From Oikopleura dioica (taxonomy: Eukaryota; Animalia; Chordata), in NCBI GenBank assembly GCA_907165135.1, contig OU015568.1, positions 12,028,001 through 12,092,000 on the forward strand: a DNA stretch of 64,000 nt. The letters run 5' to 3'. This document shows, one piece after another, positions 26,101 through 38,572 of this stretch. How positions within the stretch are numbered: the first letter of the stretch is position 1; each line of letters starts with the position of its first letter. Under the pieces are notes generated by a model. The model had not been told where the DNA came from and did not search any database. It saw only the letters and a list, made by a program, of their open reading frames with translations. Both the position numbers and the translations under genes were made by a program.

Positions 26101-27462
26101 GACTCGGTTCTTTTCCGTCCTCTTCTTCCGGCTCATAAATATCCTCAAATCGTAAGTTCCCGCCGGACTGCAGCTCCAGTCTCAGTAATTCTTCGTCCAC
26201 TTGGAATTTATCTCTCACTGACTGTATCGCACGTTTTTCTTCGAATTTTATCCTTTTGTAGACGTTCTCCCAGTGCTCCAGCCGATCGGTAAGATGCTTA
26301 ATTTTGTTTTTGATTCGCGCTTCGTAGACAGTGTTCTCTTCGTTGTTTTCAATAAAGATGCTCTCAAGGCGATAAAGCTCGGCTTGCAACTCGCGGCGTG
26401 AGGAAAGCGGGACCGCGAGTCTTTTCTGTGCAATTTTTTGTATACCTAAAGGATGTTAAAAATAACAATTGTTATTGCATTTGCAATAAAACTCTACCTT
26501 TTATAATACTGGGAAGAGTCCTCCTGAGAATGCGTTTCTTCATTCGATAGAAAGAATGTTTTCTGCTTAAAATCTTGACCGCTTCTGCTGTCATATCTTT
26601 CGGAATTTCTTCTCCATTGAGGAATCTTAAATATAATTTACCTTTAAGAAACTTTAAAAAGATCAACCTGAGTGATTGTAATGTGTAAAATATCTGAAGC
26701 TGATAATTCTGCTGTCGACAGAGCGGCGATTGTGGATACAGTGGGTTGCTTATGTTGAGTTCTTGCAGGTTGAGATATGCTAGGGGACTCAATTGGACAA
26801 CGCTCTCGATCGGATTCCCGGAAATGTCCAGCTTCGAAAGTTTCTTGTTTAACCTAATTTCTTCTCCAATAACTAAAAATCGTTATTACGTTGTTTACAA
26901 AAGGGCGTTACATTTTATGTCGTTCGCTCCAATGTTTAGGTCGCTGAGTTCCGCGAGCTTTTCAAAGCCCCTCGTTGATGTGAGCTGATTTTGAGCGAGG
27001 GACAAGAATTCAAGGCGCGAGAGATGATCCAAATTTTCCACTCGGCTGATCTGGTTTCCGTAAACATACAAAACCTGGAGCGACTCGCAGTTTGTCAATT
27101 TGGGGATGCGCTTGAGGCGTGACTCGCAAAGCCACAACTCGTTGAGGCTCGGGTTGAAATCGATTTTGTCCATGTGAGAAATGTCTACAAAAGGTGAGGG
27201 GAAAGTCTTGACCTAATTTTACCTGTTCCGAAGAAAATCACTTGCGAAAGATTTGAAAATTGCGCCAAGTGCGGCAAACAATTGACTTCATTAAAGAAAA
27301 GCTCCAATCGCAAAACCTCTTCTTTCTTGTTCTTGAGCGTTTCCTTTGACAGGCCGTTCGAGCTAATAGCGCATAACTTTAACCTGCACGCGAAAGAGCT
27401 TACCTCGATAATTCAGCGAAGACGGCCTGATTTGGGTCTTGCCTCTCGGCGCATCGCGACAT
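23175..27462 (-). CDS. LRRC9: Leucine-rich repeat-containing protein 9-like (multi-exon, very long last exon)
   Basis: N-terminal LCAISSNGLSKE..LELFF, then SDS22-type LRRs, an LRR cap (NPLYPQSPLCRQQNYQLQIFYTLQSL), a central coiled coil and a long C-terminal LRR block (ORF 23175-25349). This matches the LRRC9 layout as I recall it. Confidence 0.8.
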
Positions 27463-28452
27463 ATTTTCAATGTTGAACATCTTTAGGCGTTGACGGTCTT
27501 CGCAGCGGTTTAGTTCATGTGGGGTGTGACCACAAAAATGATCTTTGAGCAACTAACCTTCCCTCCGAAAACAAATCCCCATCCAGGGGATGTTCTAGAA
27601 ATTGTCAAAAGAGTGAATTCGAGATTTCTCTTCGCGTTGCTATGTTACGATGAAATCCAGATTTGATTGGGGACTCTACAATTTGATAAATTTCGTCGGA
27701 GCCTTACACCGAACTTATCATTATAACACTAATAAGTATTTTGGAACTTCCGATTTGCAAGGAAAACTATCTTTTTGACCAAAAGCCAATAAGATTGAGT
27801 CCGCCTCCTCAATATTTAACACCGGCTTATGATTCGCCAGCAAAATGACGTAATTCTTTCAAACATCAGTACGCGTCGCGTAATGATTGGTCTACCCGGC
27901 CGCGAGAATCAAATTGGCTTCAAGGAACCGCGGGGGCGACGCGTAGCCAATGAAGCGCATTGCGCCGCAACACTAAAAAGGAGCCTGTCAGGTCGGCGCG
28001 CACCACAGCCACTTTTCAACGAGAGATATGGAAAAAAAGACTCTGAACGAAGACTTCGAGCGCGGAATTCGCGAGGCGAAAAACAATTGGAGTCAAGTAG
28101 GGCGGAGTCTTGACATGTTAATAAAATCTGAATCTTCGAAGACTCCTAAAATCCAGGCTATGGTAAGGAATATGATCACAATAATTTACATTAAAATATT
28201 TAATTATTTATAACTGGGGTAATCTAAAAATATTCAATAACAAAAAAAAGTAATCATCAATAGCAATCAGCGATAAGTGACTATCCCATCGCGCATCAGT
28301 GATTGGCTGGTGCTCACGCGCCAATCAATGACAACAGCGCAGGCGTTTCCCAACAAATCAAAAGTTTATATGCAAAGTTTTCATGAAGTATGTAGGCTGA
28401 GAAATTATTTAAGATTCGAAGACTGCAATTCTTAACTCGAAAACAAGCAAAC

Positions 28453-28956
28453 ATGAGCGACATTGAATATCACTGGGATTCAATGATGCGTCTTGATGAC
28501 TCAAAAAAATCGCCCCACGTGGTCAAACAATTGACGATCGCGCTATCTGATTGCGCCATTGTTGATAATGTTACGCCTACGCACAATGCGATTACTCCTG
28601 ATGAATCAGCGGCTAGCGATGCCATCCCCGAAAAGCGAAAACGATGCCCACCTACCCGCTTGATCAATGGCACGAGAAAAATAAAACAAATGTCACCGCA
28701 GTGTGATCATTGCGGGCATATCGCTGACGATTCTCACCGTCTATTGGAGCACCTCGACCTTTATAAAAACTGCCTCGATTACTATGCGTCTAAAAGAATG
28801 CATTGCTTGATTTGCGATAAATCTTTCAAGCAGCTACGAAGACATCTTCTGGACACTATCAAGCGTGGAAATAAAGATGAAACGCAGAATCAAATTCTAC
28901 ACGAGAAATACGCCACTCTTCTGAAAAAGCATGAGAAGCCAACGAAAAAGAGGTAA
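28453..28956 (+). CDS. Zinc-finger-like protein exon (CxxC..HL..C..YY and CxxC..RRHL), possibly transposon-derived
   Basis: 167-aa ORF containing CDHCGHIADDSHRLLEHLDLYKNCLDYY and CLICDKSFKQLRRHL, with basic NLS-like stretches. Ends at a GTAAG donor, so it may continue. Confidence 0.5.
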   Translation: MSDIEYHWDSMMRLDDSKKSPHVVKQLTIALSDCAIVDNVTPTHNAITPDESAASDAIPEKRKRCPPTRLINGTRKIKQMSPQCDHCGHIADDSHRLLEHLDLYKNCLDYYASKRMHCLICDKSFKQLRRHLLDTIKRGNKDETQNQILHEKYATLLKKHEKPTKKR

Positions 28957-29115
28957 GAGAATCAAGTGCAGTAAATACTGCTGCCCTGAGATGATCTTTG
29001 TGAACCCAAGCACTCCAAACCAGCAGGACTTTATTTTTCTCTTCTCGGGCGCTACTTTTGCTTTCGGGGTAAGGCGGTCATCCGATCCGCCGGATCATGC
29101 ATTGTTGGCATAAAT

Positions 29116-29491
29116 GTCGTCGGGACCGAACTACATTTCCATGTTTTGTTTGGTCGGTCAACTTTAAAGGAGGCAGAATTTTTGGTCGGTAAGGTAGGTC
29201 GGATCGGCTTTTTTGGTCGGTTTTCTTGGTCGGTCGGTGGTCGGATCGATCAAATTTTTAAATAAAAAAATCAAGATTTTTAACGCTTTTCAGCGCCCTG
29301 AATGAGAATATTGGAAAGAGATTTCGCGCGCAAACTTCGTCCATCTTTTCTTTTGTGACTGGAGCGAAATTCGCTCAATTGCGTTGGTTTAAACCGACCG
29401 AATACAAAAAGAAACTAACCAATAAGCGACCTCCAACCTTCCGAGCCCAATCGACCAGCTCGGTTTGTCGGTCGGGTCGATGACGACCCTA
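29116..29491. repeat. Degenerate GGTCGG/CCGACC-rich repeat, probable MITE remnant
   Basis: Multiple GGTCGG motifs on the left and CCGACC on the right, with imperfect termini gtcgtcgggaccga / tcgatgacgacccta. Confidence 0.4.
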
Positions 29492-30489
29492 CTGATGGCG
29501 GATTTTAATCAGAACGCAGTGACCAATCAGAGCACCTCTTTTTGCTATCTAACACCCCTAGAGTAGGTTATAGCCTATAACTTATAGGTCCCTATGCGCG
29601 TTTAACCTCATTGATGAAGTATTTACGAGTCTACTTAGGAGAATTTGGTTTTCAACCCAACTAGATAAAATTCTGGCATGTATTCTGGCGGATTAAACAG
29701 AGGAGCTTGCCAGGTCGTCGAGGACATTCTATCTTAGGTTCGCACCACAGGCGCGGGGATTATTCCCACCTTATACCACCCTAGCTGGGGACCAGCACAC
29801 TTGTTATCCTCTAAGATGCAGAGGAGGGCGCTAAACCATAAAAAAAGTAATCATCGGTAGCAATCAGCGTCCCAAGCATGGCGTTATATCGCGGGTGATC
29901 GGACTGGGAGAGCGTGCTGTCTCCTACGCACTGGTCCCAGCAGCGGTGGGAGTGCCTGCGCGCATTTTGAACGGAGAGGGAGCGCTCACAAAATCACCGT
30001 GATGGCGCTAGTCCCTGTGCGCGTGCTACCACCTGGGAGCAGATTTGAATGAACAAATTCGCCTCATTGTTCCGTTTAAACCTTAGACGCCTTGACTTTT
30101 CTTCCTAGGCGCCGCGCTCACTGTCCGTTCAAAAAGCGCGCGAGCACTCCCACCGCTGCTGGAAGCGGTGCGTTGGCGAGAGCACGCACTCCAAGTCTGA
30201 TTACCCCCGATTTGACGCCCTGGTCCCAAGAAGGATTCCATAGAAACCTTTTGACCTTGATCGGGATTAACGTAAATCGGTATTCTCGGCCCCGTAGAGA
30301 GAGAGTATGCATTTTGCGGATGTCCAAGCGTTGTAAGCCAATAGAAAGACAGTTTCTCGAGCATCGGGGCAGTTCTTTGCAGCCTGGCTACCACACTCCG
30401 CAACGGGTTGGTGCGCCAAGAGGATCGTTATGATTCATGAGTCATGACTGCAGAATTTTTCATATAAAAAGCATTATCGCTTAGGAGTC

Positions 30490-33400
30490 ATGGAATACGA
30501 GGGATGTATCAGCTTGTTCTTGCTAATCAAAAAATGAAATTTTCAGAGTCGCAGCGAAGTTAGTCATCCCGCCCACGATTACTAATAAACGATCTTCTCT
30601 CGTCACCCAGATTCCGATTATCAAGTCCGAACCATTCATCGAGGATTTTATCGAAGAAAGTAAGTATCAAGTTTCAAAATAGTATTAAGTATTAATTATG
30701 ATTGAAAGTCACCATAAAATTCATTTTAGTTAATTCCGGCGATGAAGATGTCACGCACTTTCAAGATCTCCTCGAAGAAGAAAAAGAAAACGAGTCCAAT
30801 ATCGAGGCTGCTGCAGGGCCTGTTAATGATGATCACACTTCTTCAGACGACGATCCAGTCATAGAAAAGGTTCGTTAGTTGTTCCCTTCGAGTCCCTTGA
30901 CCCACCCTCGGCCGTACCCAGAGACTTATATTTTCTCGCGAAAATGTCAATTCGCGATTTTTCGCAATTGCAGAGGGGATACCCTTAAGGCACTCCGTCG
31001 ACCCAGCTCCATGCGCGCGTCTTGCGATTTTTCACTATCATTTTTGGTGATTTTAGGTTTTCTCGATTCACATGAATCTTAGTAAATAAATTAACCTTCT
31101 TTGTCTACTATCATTACTATTTCGTTAAATTTTCATATCTTGTTTTTGCGCTGAATTTTGTCGTAAACTTAGAAGCTCGATTGCAAGTGTACAATGTACA
31201 CTGTACATAAGTACTCGAAATACTCGAATTCACACTTTGAAACTCGACTCATTGGAAAGCCCATAGTCTCCTCTTCAAAGGTTACGCTAAGAGATTTTTT
31301 AAATAATAAATATATTTTCTATAATTGAGCTGATAAATCGAGTGAAGAATCGCGAGACGCGGAGCTGGATCGGCGGAATTTATATGGAGGCTATATGTTA
31401 CATTTAATATGTATGAGGGAAATTACGACCATCCCTGAAGAATTCTCGTTGTCCTTTATCTGTTTTCTATAGAAGCCAAAATATAAAATTTTGAAAAAAA
31501 TTGTTGAAGATCACGTACTAACATGGGCGACCCTTTGTTACTCGATAAAACGCTGGCGCTTTTTAACTAGTTACTCAATAAAACTGTGGCGGGCGGCCCT
31601 CTGTTAATCGGTAAAACGATGGCGCGGCGAAAAAATTTAATCGATAAAACGATGGCACCCTTGTTAATCGAGGCGCGGGGCTCTCTGGCGTGACGTCATC
31701 GGAGGACTCTCTTGCAGGAAGATAGATAAGTTGAAGACATGCACTTTGAATACACGGAAATGCTCCTAGCCCAGGCTGGGGACATGAAGCTCTTGGGGAG
31801 ATAGGCTATTGGGCTGATTGATTTTCTTGGCAATTGATTCTTGACTTCAAATCTTAAGGTATATAATGAGTAAAAGTGACTTCGTAACATATGGGTTAAA
31901 AGTAAGTAAGTAGTAATAACCTCAAAGCATCACTTTCACTTTATTAAAATAGAATTGGTTAACTTCTCAATACACGTGGTCGGTTCAACCGACCACGGCG
32001 ACTTTGAGCCGCCGTTATTTCTCTTGTGATAATCCGTTTGACCTGATTTTTGTTATGTGAGCTAAGATGACTAAAACGAACCATTTTGTGAAATTTTGGA
32101 TGTTTTCTCAAAAGTGGTGGCGTTTTGCACCGGATTTATCTTTCACTCTGCAGCTGAAAATCCAGAAAGTGTTTTTCAAAAGTAATTGTAAATCCTGATA
32201 GGTTAGTGTTCAAGCTTTCCAGCGATATGAGTTGTAACCTTTTTCCTCGCCGGAAACGCAAGTTAGAGCTAAAAGTCTTGAGCGCTCTTCCTGACAATCC
32301 GAATTTTGCGCGCCGCGCGGGGCTGAATAATGCATTGTGGTCCCCTCACCCGACCCCGTGTTTTGAGCGCTTAGTTGCGCGGCCGTGTATTGAGAAGTTA
32401 AGTAAACCGGCATGTCTTTAGTCAGGGACAGAAACAGGGTTTCGAGATTTTAATCCCAATTTTGGACAGCTACACAGGACAGGGCCAAAAAACAGGAAAC
32501 AGGTCCTGTCTAAGGTTTTTAGACAGGTCAGGATGCCGAGCCCAGCACAGCTCAGTTTGCCGAGCCAAGAGCTCACGTCAGTGATTTCTGAAATGTCCTG
32601 CTCAGCTCAGCTCAATTCAATGATTTTCTGAGAGAACCATTTCAGCTCCCATGTGAGAAAATGTAACAATAAACCCTTGTAAATGTGAGTCTTTTAACAT
32701 ACTAGTCCAGCTGAGTGGTTAGTGCTACCCCTTTTTTACTAAAGTGAGTGGCGGGCGCGAGCTCGAATTCCCTTTTCCATTATTTTTTTCAGCAAGAGTC
32801 CTCCGATGACGTCATGCAGGAGAGCCCCGCGCCTCGATTAACAAGGGTGCCATCGTTTTACCGATTAAATTTTTTTTTGCTGCGCCATCGTTTTATTGAG
32901 TAACTAACCCAAAAGCGCCAGCGTTTTATCGAGTAACAAAGGGTCGCCCATGTTACTCACTTTAACGACAATTGCAGTTACAAGATTTGCATTGAAGCAC
33001 TTCAAAATCTCAAGAAATCTGATTTTTTGGCTTGCATAGGAAATAGATAATTGCCCGAATTGTCTTGCGAGCATGAAAAATTAAGACTTACTATTTTAAA
33101 AAATGGAAACAATACTGCAGGAAAATTCTATTCTTGATGTCCACCCCCTTTAGGCAGCCCCCTATTTATAAGGTTGAAATAACTTAATGGTCATTATTAG
33201 CCTATTTATAAATATTTTTAGATTGAATCAATGCCATCGAACTCCCAGATATACGAAGATGATGATATGAGCCTTACGATCAAAGTCGATCCGGATCATC
33301 AAGAAACCTTGCTTCCTAATCACAACAAGCCCAAACTTATTGCTCACAAGACCAACGCAAAAAAAATCTCAGCTGATCTTGGTCTTAACTATGGAACTTT

Positions 33401-33839
33401 GCGGCAGTCTTCGTTTATTCCACCACATCCAAAACGACGAGTTGTTCCTGTTCGAGAGCGGCAAAACAAGATCAACTATGGCGCCCAGTCGCTTAATATT
33501 GCTCCTACTCCGCTAATCGCCATTCCTATCTCATCGAGCACAAGGTTTCAACATCAAAGTCTTACTTGCAATTACAACTTATCTAGCGCACCAATCCCGC
33601 AACAGATCCAACTCAACGGACAAAACGTGAATGTTATCCAGCTCCCATCCAATGTCACAACTGTACCCGCGGCCTCTCTCTCTAGTGCCATGCAAACATC
33701 AAATGGACTTCAGCAACCTACACTCATCTCTATTGCCGGGCAAAATGGTCCGATGACTCTCAACGGAAACGTCCAAGTAATCAACGTCCCACCTAACCAG
33801 TCGAAGACAATGTCAGAACTTGTCCGACTTTTTCCCTGA
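30490..33839 (+). CDS. Low-complexity acidic/QNSP-rich protein; last intron (30870-33221) filled with transposons
   Basis: Exons IPIIKSEPFIEDFIEE / INSGDEDV..DPVIEK splice in phase (GT-AG) to IESMPSNSQIYEDDD.. (ORF 33231-33839). SUMO-type IKSE and IKVD motifs. Start uncertain. Confidence 0.5.
31521..32953. mobile_element. Non-autonomous DNA transposon, about 190-bp imperfect TIRs, TA target duplication
   Basis: TA|ACATGGGCGACCCTTTGTTACTCGATAAAACGCTGGCGC ... GCGCCAGCGTTTTATCGAGTAACAAAGGGTCGCCCATGT|TA. No transposase ORF. Contains a CCTGT/ACAGG-rich repeat near 32420-32535. Confidence 0.85.
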
Positions 33840-34089
33840 AACACAATTTCCAGCTCATTGAACGCAAGAGCTTCTGAAACGCTTTTCACCTGCTGCCCAT
33901 TTCCTCACTACTGACAATGCCGATTATCACAAATAAAACACTAGTTTTATGCAGAAACAAGAGATTTTGCTATTTTCAAGCTTCTTTTTTTTCTTTTTCG
34001 GTTACGGAAGAGAATTTTTTTATACCTTGAAGGAGCGTTTTCTCCTCGAATTTCAAAGATCTCGAAAATTTGATTCTTTGAAAAAAGTT

Positions 34090-34806
34090 GAAGGGTGGGG
34101 GGATCCTTAAGACTTTTAGGGGGTCCCTTAAGGACCCCCCATCAAGAATCGTGAAAATGAGCCATTTTAGTGAAAGTTTTTCTCAGAAACTATCTTCGGT
34201 AGATCCTTATTTTCACTTGCTACCTTTAGATCCAACCATCGGCTGCAACCGTTCCCCTTATGATAATCTCTCGATTACAAATTTAAGGGTATACAGGCCC
34301 TTAAAGGTAAAGTTGCTAAGTGAAAGTTTTTTTTAGGATTTTAGTTGAGGTATACCCTTAATTTTTTACAGGATATAGTTAAGGCCCTAAGCTACGACCG
34401 TTCCTCTTTTGAGAGTTTTTCGTCAATGAACTTAAGGAGGACACCCCCTTTAAAAATTTATAAGTCGAATATAAGGCAAATTTACAGATTTCAATTTTAA
34501 GTTTTTCTTTAAAAAACTGCCTTCGATTATGTTTTTCGATTTGTTTTTGTGATTGAAATGCATTTTAAGATGGGTATACCCTTAATTATAATGAAAATAT
34601 AGCAAACCATGGATTTTCATAAAAATATATAGCAAATTTGCATTTTTTAAAGCCAATTTTAGCCAAAAATTTCTATAGCAGCGAAAAAATTTTCAACATG
34701 AAAGTTTCTCCTCGTTGTCTAAAGATCCAAAATAACCAAAAAATACAGAAAATTTGAACCAAATCCATCTTGATGGGGGGGGGGGTCCTTAAGACTTTTT
34801 ACTGTG
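34090..34806. mobile_element. MITE-like element with partly rearranged TIRs
   Basis: AGGACCCCCCATCAAGA (34131-34147) is inverted relative to TCTTGATGGG(n)TCCT (34769-34789). GGGTCCTTAAGACTTTT-like motifs occur at both ends. Confidence 0.55.
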
Positions 34807-34959
34807 CACTAAATACAGAGAATTAAGTTTCAATAATTCACCGCCCGGTGATTCCGAGCGGTACTATTTATTATGTACAGTCATATACGCTGTAATTCAG
34901 CGTAATCATCTTTCTTCAAAAAAATTTTATGAACAGTATATACAGAAGTTTTTTGCAGC

Positions 34960-37663
34960 TTACAGCACACTTGAAGATAAACTGTTTTGCGAATGGTGTT
35001 CGTGGATATGATTTTCACGCCTGCAGTCTTCATCGATTGGAACGACCACTCCGACTTCTTCGCAGCATTTGGCCTCATCGTGGTCGTAAAGCTGTCTATT
35101 GAGACAACACGATGTAACCTAAAAGGAACCGTTAGAAAGAACACGATTAACGCTTTGTTTGACAAACAAATTTTTGCGGTTTCATAGTGGGTCAACAATT
35201 ATTTTTAACAAACACGTGTAGGCACTTACGACATCATTATACGGTCGTTGACCGCAACAAGCGTTAGGCTGGATCCAATCCGGCCGGATGCGATTTGTGT
35301 GGATATAGTCTTTCTTTTGACATTCAGGCCACTGCACGAATGGGCCTTGTCGAAGGTACCCGAACACAGCTGTTGTCGTTGTCGGAGCCTCTGTTGTTGT
35401 TGGTTCTGCAGTCGTTGTTGTCGTCGTCGTTGGGGTTGTCTTAGCCGGTTTTGTTCTCTTCTTCTTATTTCGATTCTTCTTGGTTGTTGGTCTGGCAGTC
35501 GTCAAAGTTGGAATTGTGATCTTTCTCACACTTGGCCAACATTTTTCAATTCCGTCTTCGACATCGCACTCGTCACACGCGTTCGGCTTACACTTAACAT
35601 CATTAACACCCGAACACTTACATTCCTCCGAGCAGCCGCGTCGTAGGAAGCTCTCGCCGATCTGGTAGGTGTTGTCGCCATCTACACAACCGCATTGGTC
35701 GTTTTTAACGCACTTGAGTCCATTCCAGAGATATCCCTTCAAATCATACTGTGATCAAAGTCATTAAATGAAATTCCGGAAATTCCGGAAATCATAAATA
35801 AGAGAGCATTACCGTTCAATGATTATAAATGCTCATATTTTTGATTCTTTACAAATGATTATACAGATTTATGTTTCCGTTTCTGAAATTATAAACTAAC
35901 CTTATTACAGTAGCAACCCTCGAAGCAACCTGCATCCATATCATTGCACTTCGGCTTTGGATCACCACAACTTGCCACGCACTGGCTACCACAATGCTCG
36001 TAGTGCGAGTTTGCCGGGCACTGAGCGGGGCACAAGTATTTGTTTCTCCAGTTAATCGGAACTTTCTTGTCGGCGCACGCGCGGCCATAAGCAGCTTGAT
36101 TTCGGATTTTCAGAGCAAGTCGCATGATCCGCCAAGAACATGTTGTTTCTAAAGCTACCTTCGGTAGCGCGCAGGTTATTAATAAGGTACGTATCTAAAT
36201 GCTAAAAAAGAAGGTCACTCGTCAAAAAATCCGTTCCTAAAGAATCGCAAAAAGCTCCGTCCGCGAGTTTTGTAGCACATTGATCCCAAATGCAGTTTTC
36301 GTAGAATTTCTGAGGCGGAACATTGTCAAAGCATTGTTGAAAATTTGCCATGTCATCAATAAGAATACTGCATCGGTCAATGGCGGCGTTGAACTGTTGC
36401 TCAGTACAGTGAGGCATTGTACCGTTTGGTCGCTGCTCAAGCTCTTCAACCCATTTCATCCACTAAAAATGATCATTTCTTAGAACTTTGTGGTTATATT
36501 TACCGGTCGGGTACGGGGTTGAAGTTCGCTCAAATCTGCGCCACATCCATCACGGTTATCCAATCCGGGTCGTTTCCACGACTTTCCGAATGCCTCTACT
36601 GACATTTCATTGTAGGTAACATCATCTGATCCCTTGAAATCATCATTGAAGTCACCATTGTAGTTTCCCAACAATCCGCAGAGCTTGTCGAACCAATCGC
36701 AAGACGCTTTGATTTCGCTATTTCCCTCGCCATCGTAGAAAATTTGAATTCCAAAAAAGGTGGAAATGGAGACGTAATTGCCACTTTTATCAATTTTTGT
36801 TCCGTCAGGAAGTAGAGTGGGCGTATAAGCCCGCTCATTGTTTAACATTACTTTGCCTCCCTTGAGAAGCTCGATTTTTATGTTTTTATACATGAGGATG
36901 ATGTCCTTTGTCCAAGACATGTCCATGTTACCATATCGGTTTTCGTTTCGACCAAAGATTTTAAAATCGACTAAAGAAAAATATTTAAGGCTTACTGTAA
37001 TTCGCAAAGATTTCTGTTATCTTTTCTATTTTTACCTGGTCCCTCTTTGCAGTTTTTACTCAGCAAGTATGTGCAGTTGCCCTGAAAGTGAATGACTTTT
37101 TCATCAAAAGTCATGTAATGTGGGTCTCCATTAGCTCTGGCCGTCCCTGTTCCTTTGCAAGTCTTCTTCGGGGTCCCTTAACAATTGTTATTTGTTGTAT
37201 AAAAGGAAGTTGAAAAGGATGATCTGCAAAAGATTGATCCATTCAGTTCCGGGTCTAGAAGGCAACGTGCATAATCCCAGACGCGGCCACCGTGTCTTCC
37301 AAACACTCACCGAGCATATGACTACACGTATCTTCATAATCGGAGCAACAATCGTTCTGCCGGACACAGCCCTGATCACAAGAGCACACCGAGTTCGGCG
37401 GCTGACAATTCCAATCTTCTCCTGCGCAGCACTGATTTCCTAGCGGGCGATCTTTGCAGAGCATGCTTGTTTCCGATTTCCCCACGAAGAGATTTCTAAA
37501 AACAGATTTTTAATCCTCTGAAATCGGGAAAAACGTGTGAGTACCGTGGTGTTAGTAGCGGATTTTTCGCTTCTTGCCGTATCTTCTTGCTCACCACTTT
37601 TTCATGGAAAGTCATCGCATTTACTGTACTCGCTAGTAAATACGTACTTAGCGGCAGGAGCAT
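34960..37663 (-). CDS. Secreted SMB-VWD-C8-TIL protein with Thr-rich mucin segment and Cys-Cys C-terminal repeats (zonadhesin/FCGBP/tectorin-like)
   Basis: Signal [72 protein letters not shown]8 [35 protein letters not shown], then a poly-Thr stretch and CCGQRPY..CC..LYD..CC. Confidence 0.88.
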
Positions 37664-38572
37664 CTGAAATAAGAATGTTGAAATATTTTCTGGAGCCCTG
37701 ATTTAGAAATCGGACATTTCCGAGCTGTCAGATTTGAAAGCGAAAAGATTATTGAATTAAAACTTTTTTGTTCATGAATTTTATCACCCGCCATCTATGG
37801 ACGTAAGATTGGCTCCTCGAGGACAAGACGTGTGCCTGTCAAAGTTCTCATTTCTAAACGGGATCGAGAATATTCAGGGAGCTATTGAAAGTCGCTGGGG
37901 TTGAACAAGGGATTAGAATATTTTGGTAAATTGTTTCAGTGGTGTAATCTGTTTATGAGTAGCATTTGTCTTGGCGGTCAATTAAATTTATCACTTTGAA
38001 ATTAATTTGATATTTTGACCTCTGAAAATGAAAGAAAAGCCTATCAGGCAAAAATATTGCATTTAGGAAAAAACACTGCCTATGTAAGTTTCATCTCAAT
38101 AAAGCCTTCCAAAATCCACTCCTAATTTCAACCCTTTATGAAAATCTCTTGCAACGTGTTTTATCAGTCTGTAGGATTACCCAAATCTCTAGAAAATAGC
38201 TACCTTTATTCGATTGAACCCTTTTCCGGGGCTTACGGAAAAATCCGCTCACCTGGCCAGGTGCCACAAAGAAAGCTCCAACCACAATTGAACCTACCGG
38301 AAACCAAACAGCGTGTTTCCCACCGTGATTCTAAGTGAGAGGGATACTTGTTACTCAATAATTGTCCGCTGGAAAGTGTCCGCTACCAAGTGACACTTTT
38401 GACAGAAAGCGAAGCAACGAGGTGGTGAAATAATTGCTACTCTTGATTCACGTTCAATTTGGACTTTTCAAACTTTTCTGACCACACACTTTTGAAACTG
38501 ATCGGAATTATAACAGACGTATGTATTGTTACGGCTCACGTTTTTGGACAGAAAAAAATTGATAAATGCTTT

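Noticed and set aside
30083-30433. Overlapping ORFs in a GC-rich block as retroelement (DIRS/LTR) remnants
   Set aside because: No RT, RNase H, integrase or recombinase motif is identifiable, and no LTR pair or PBS was found.
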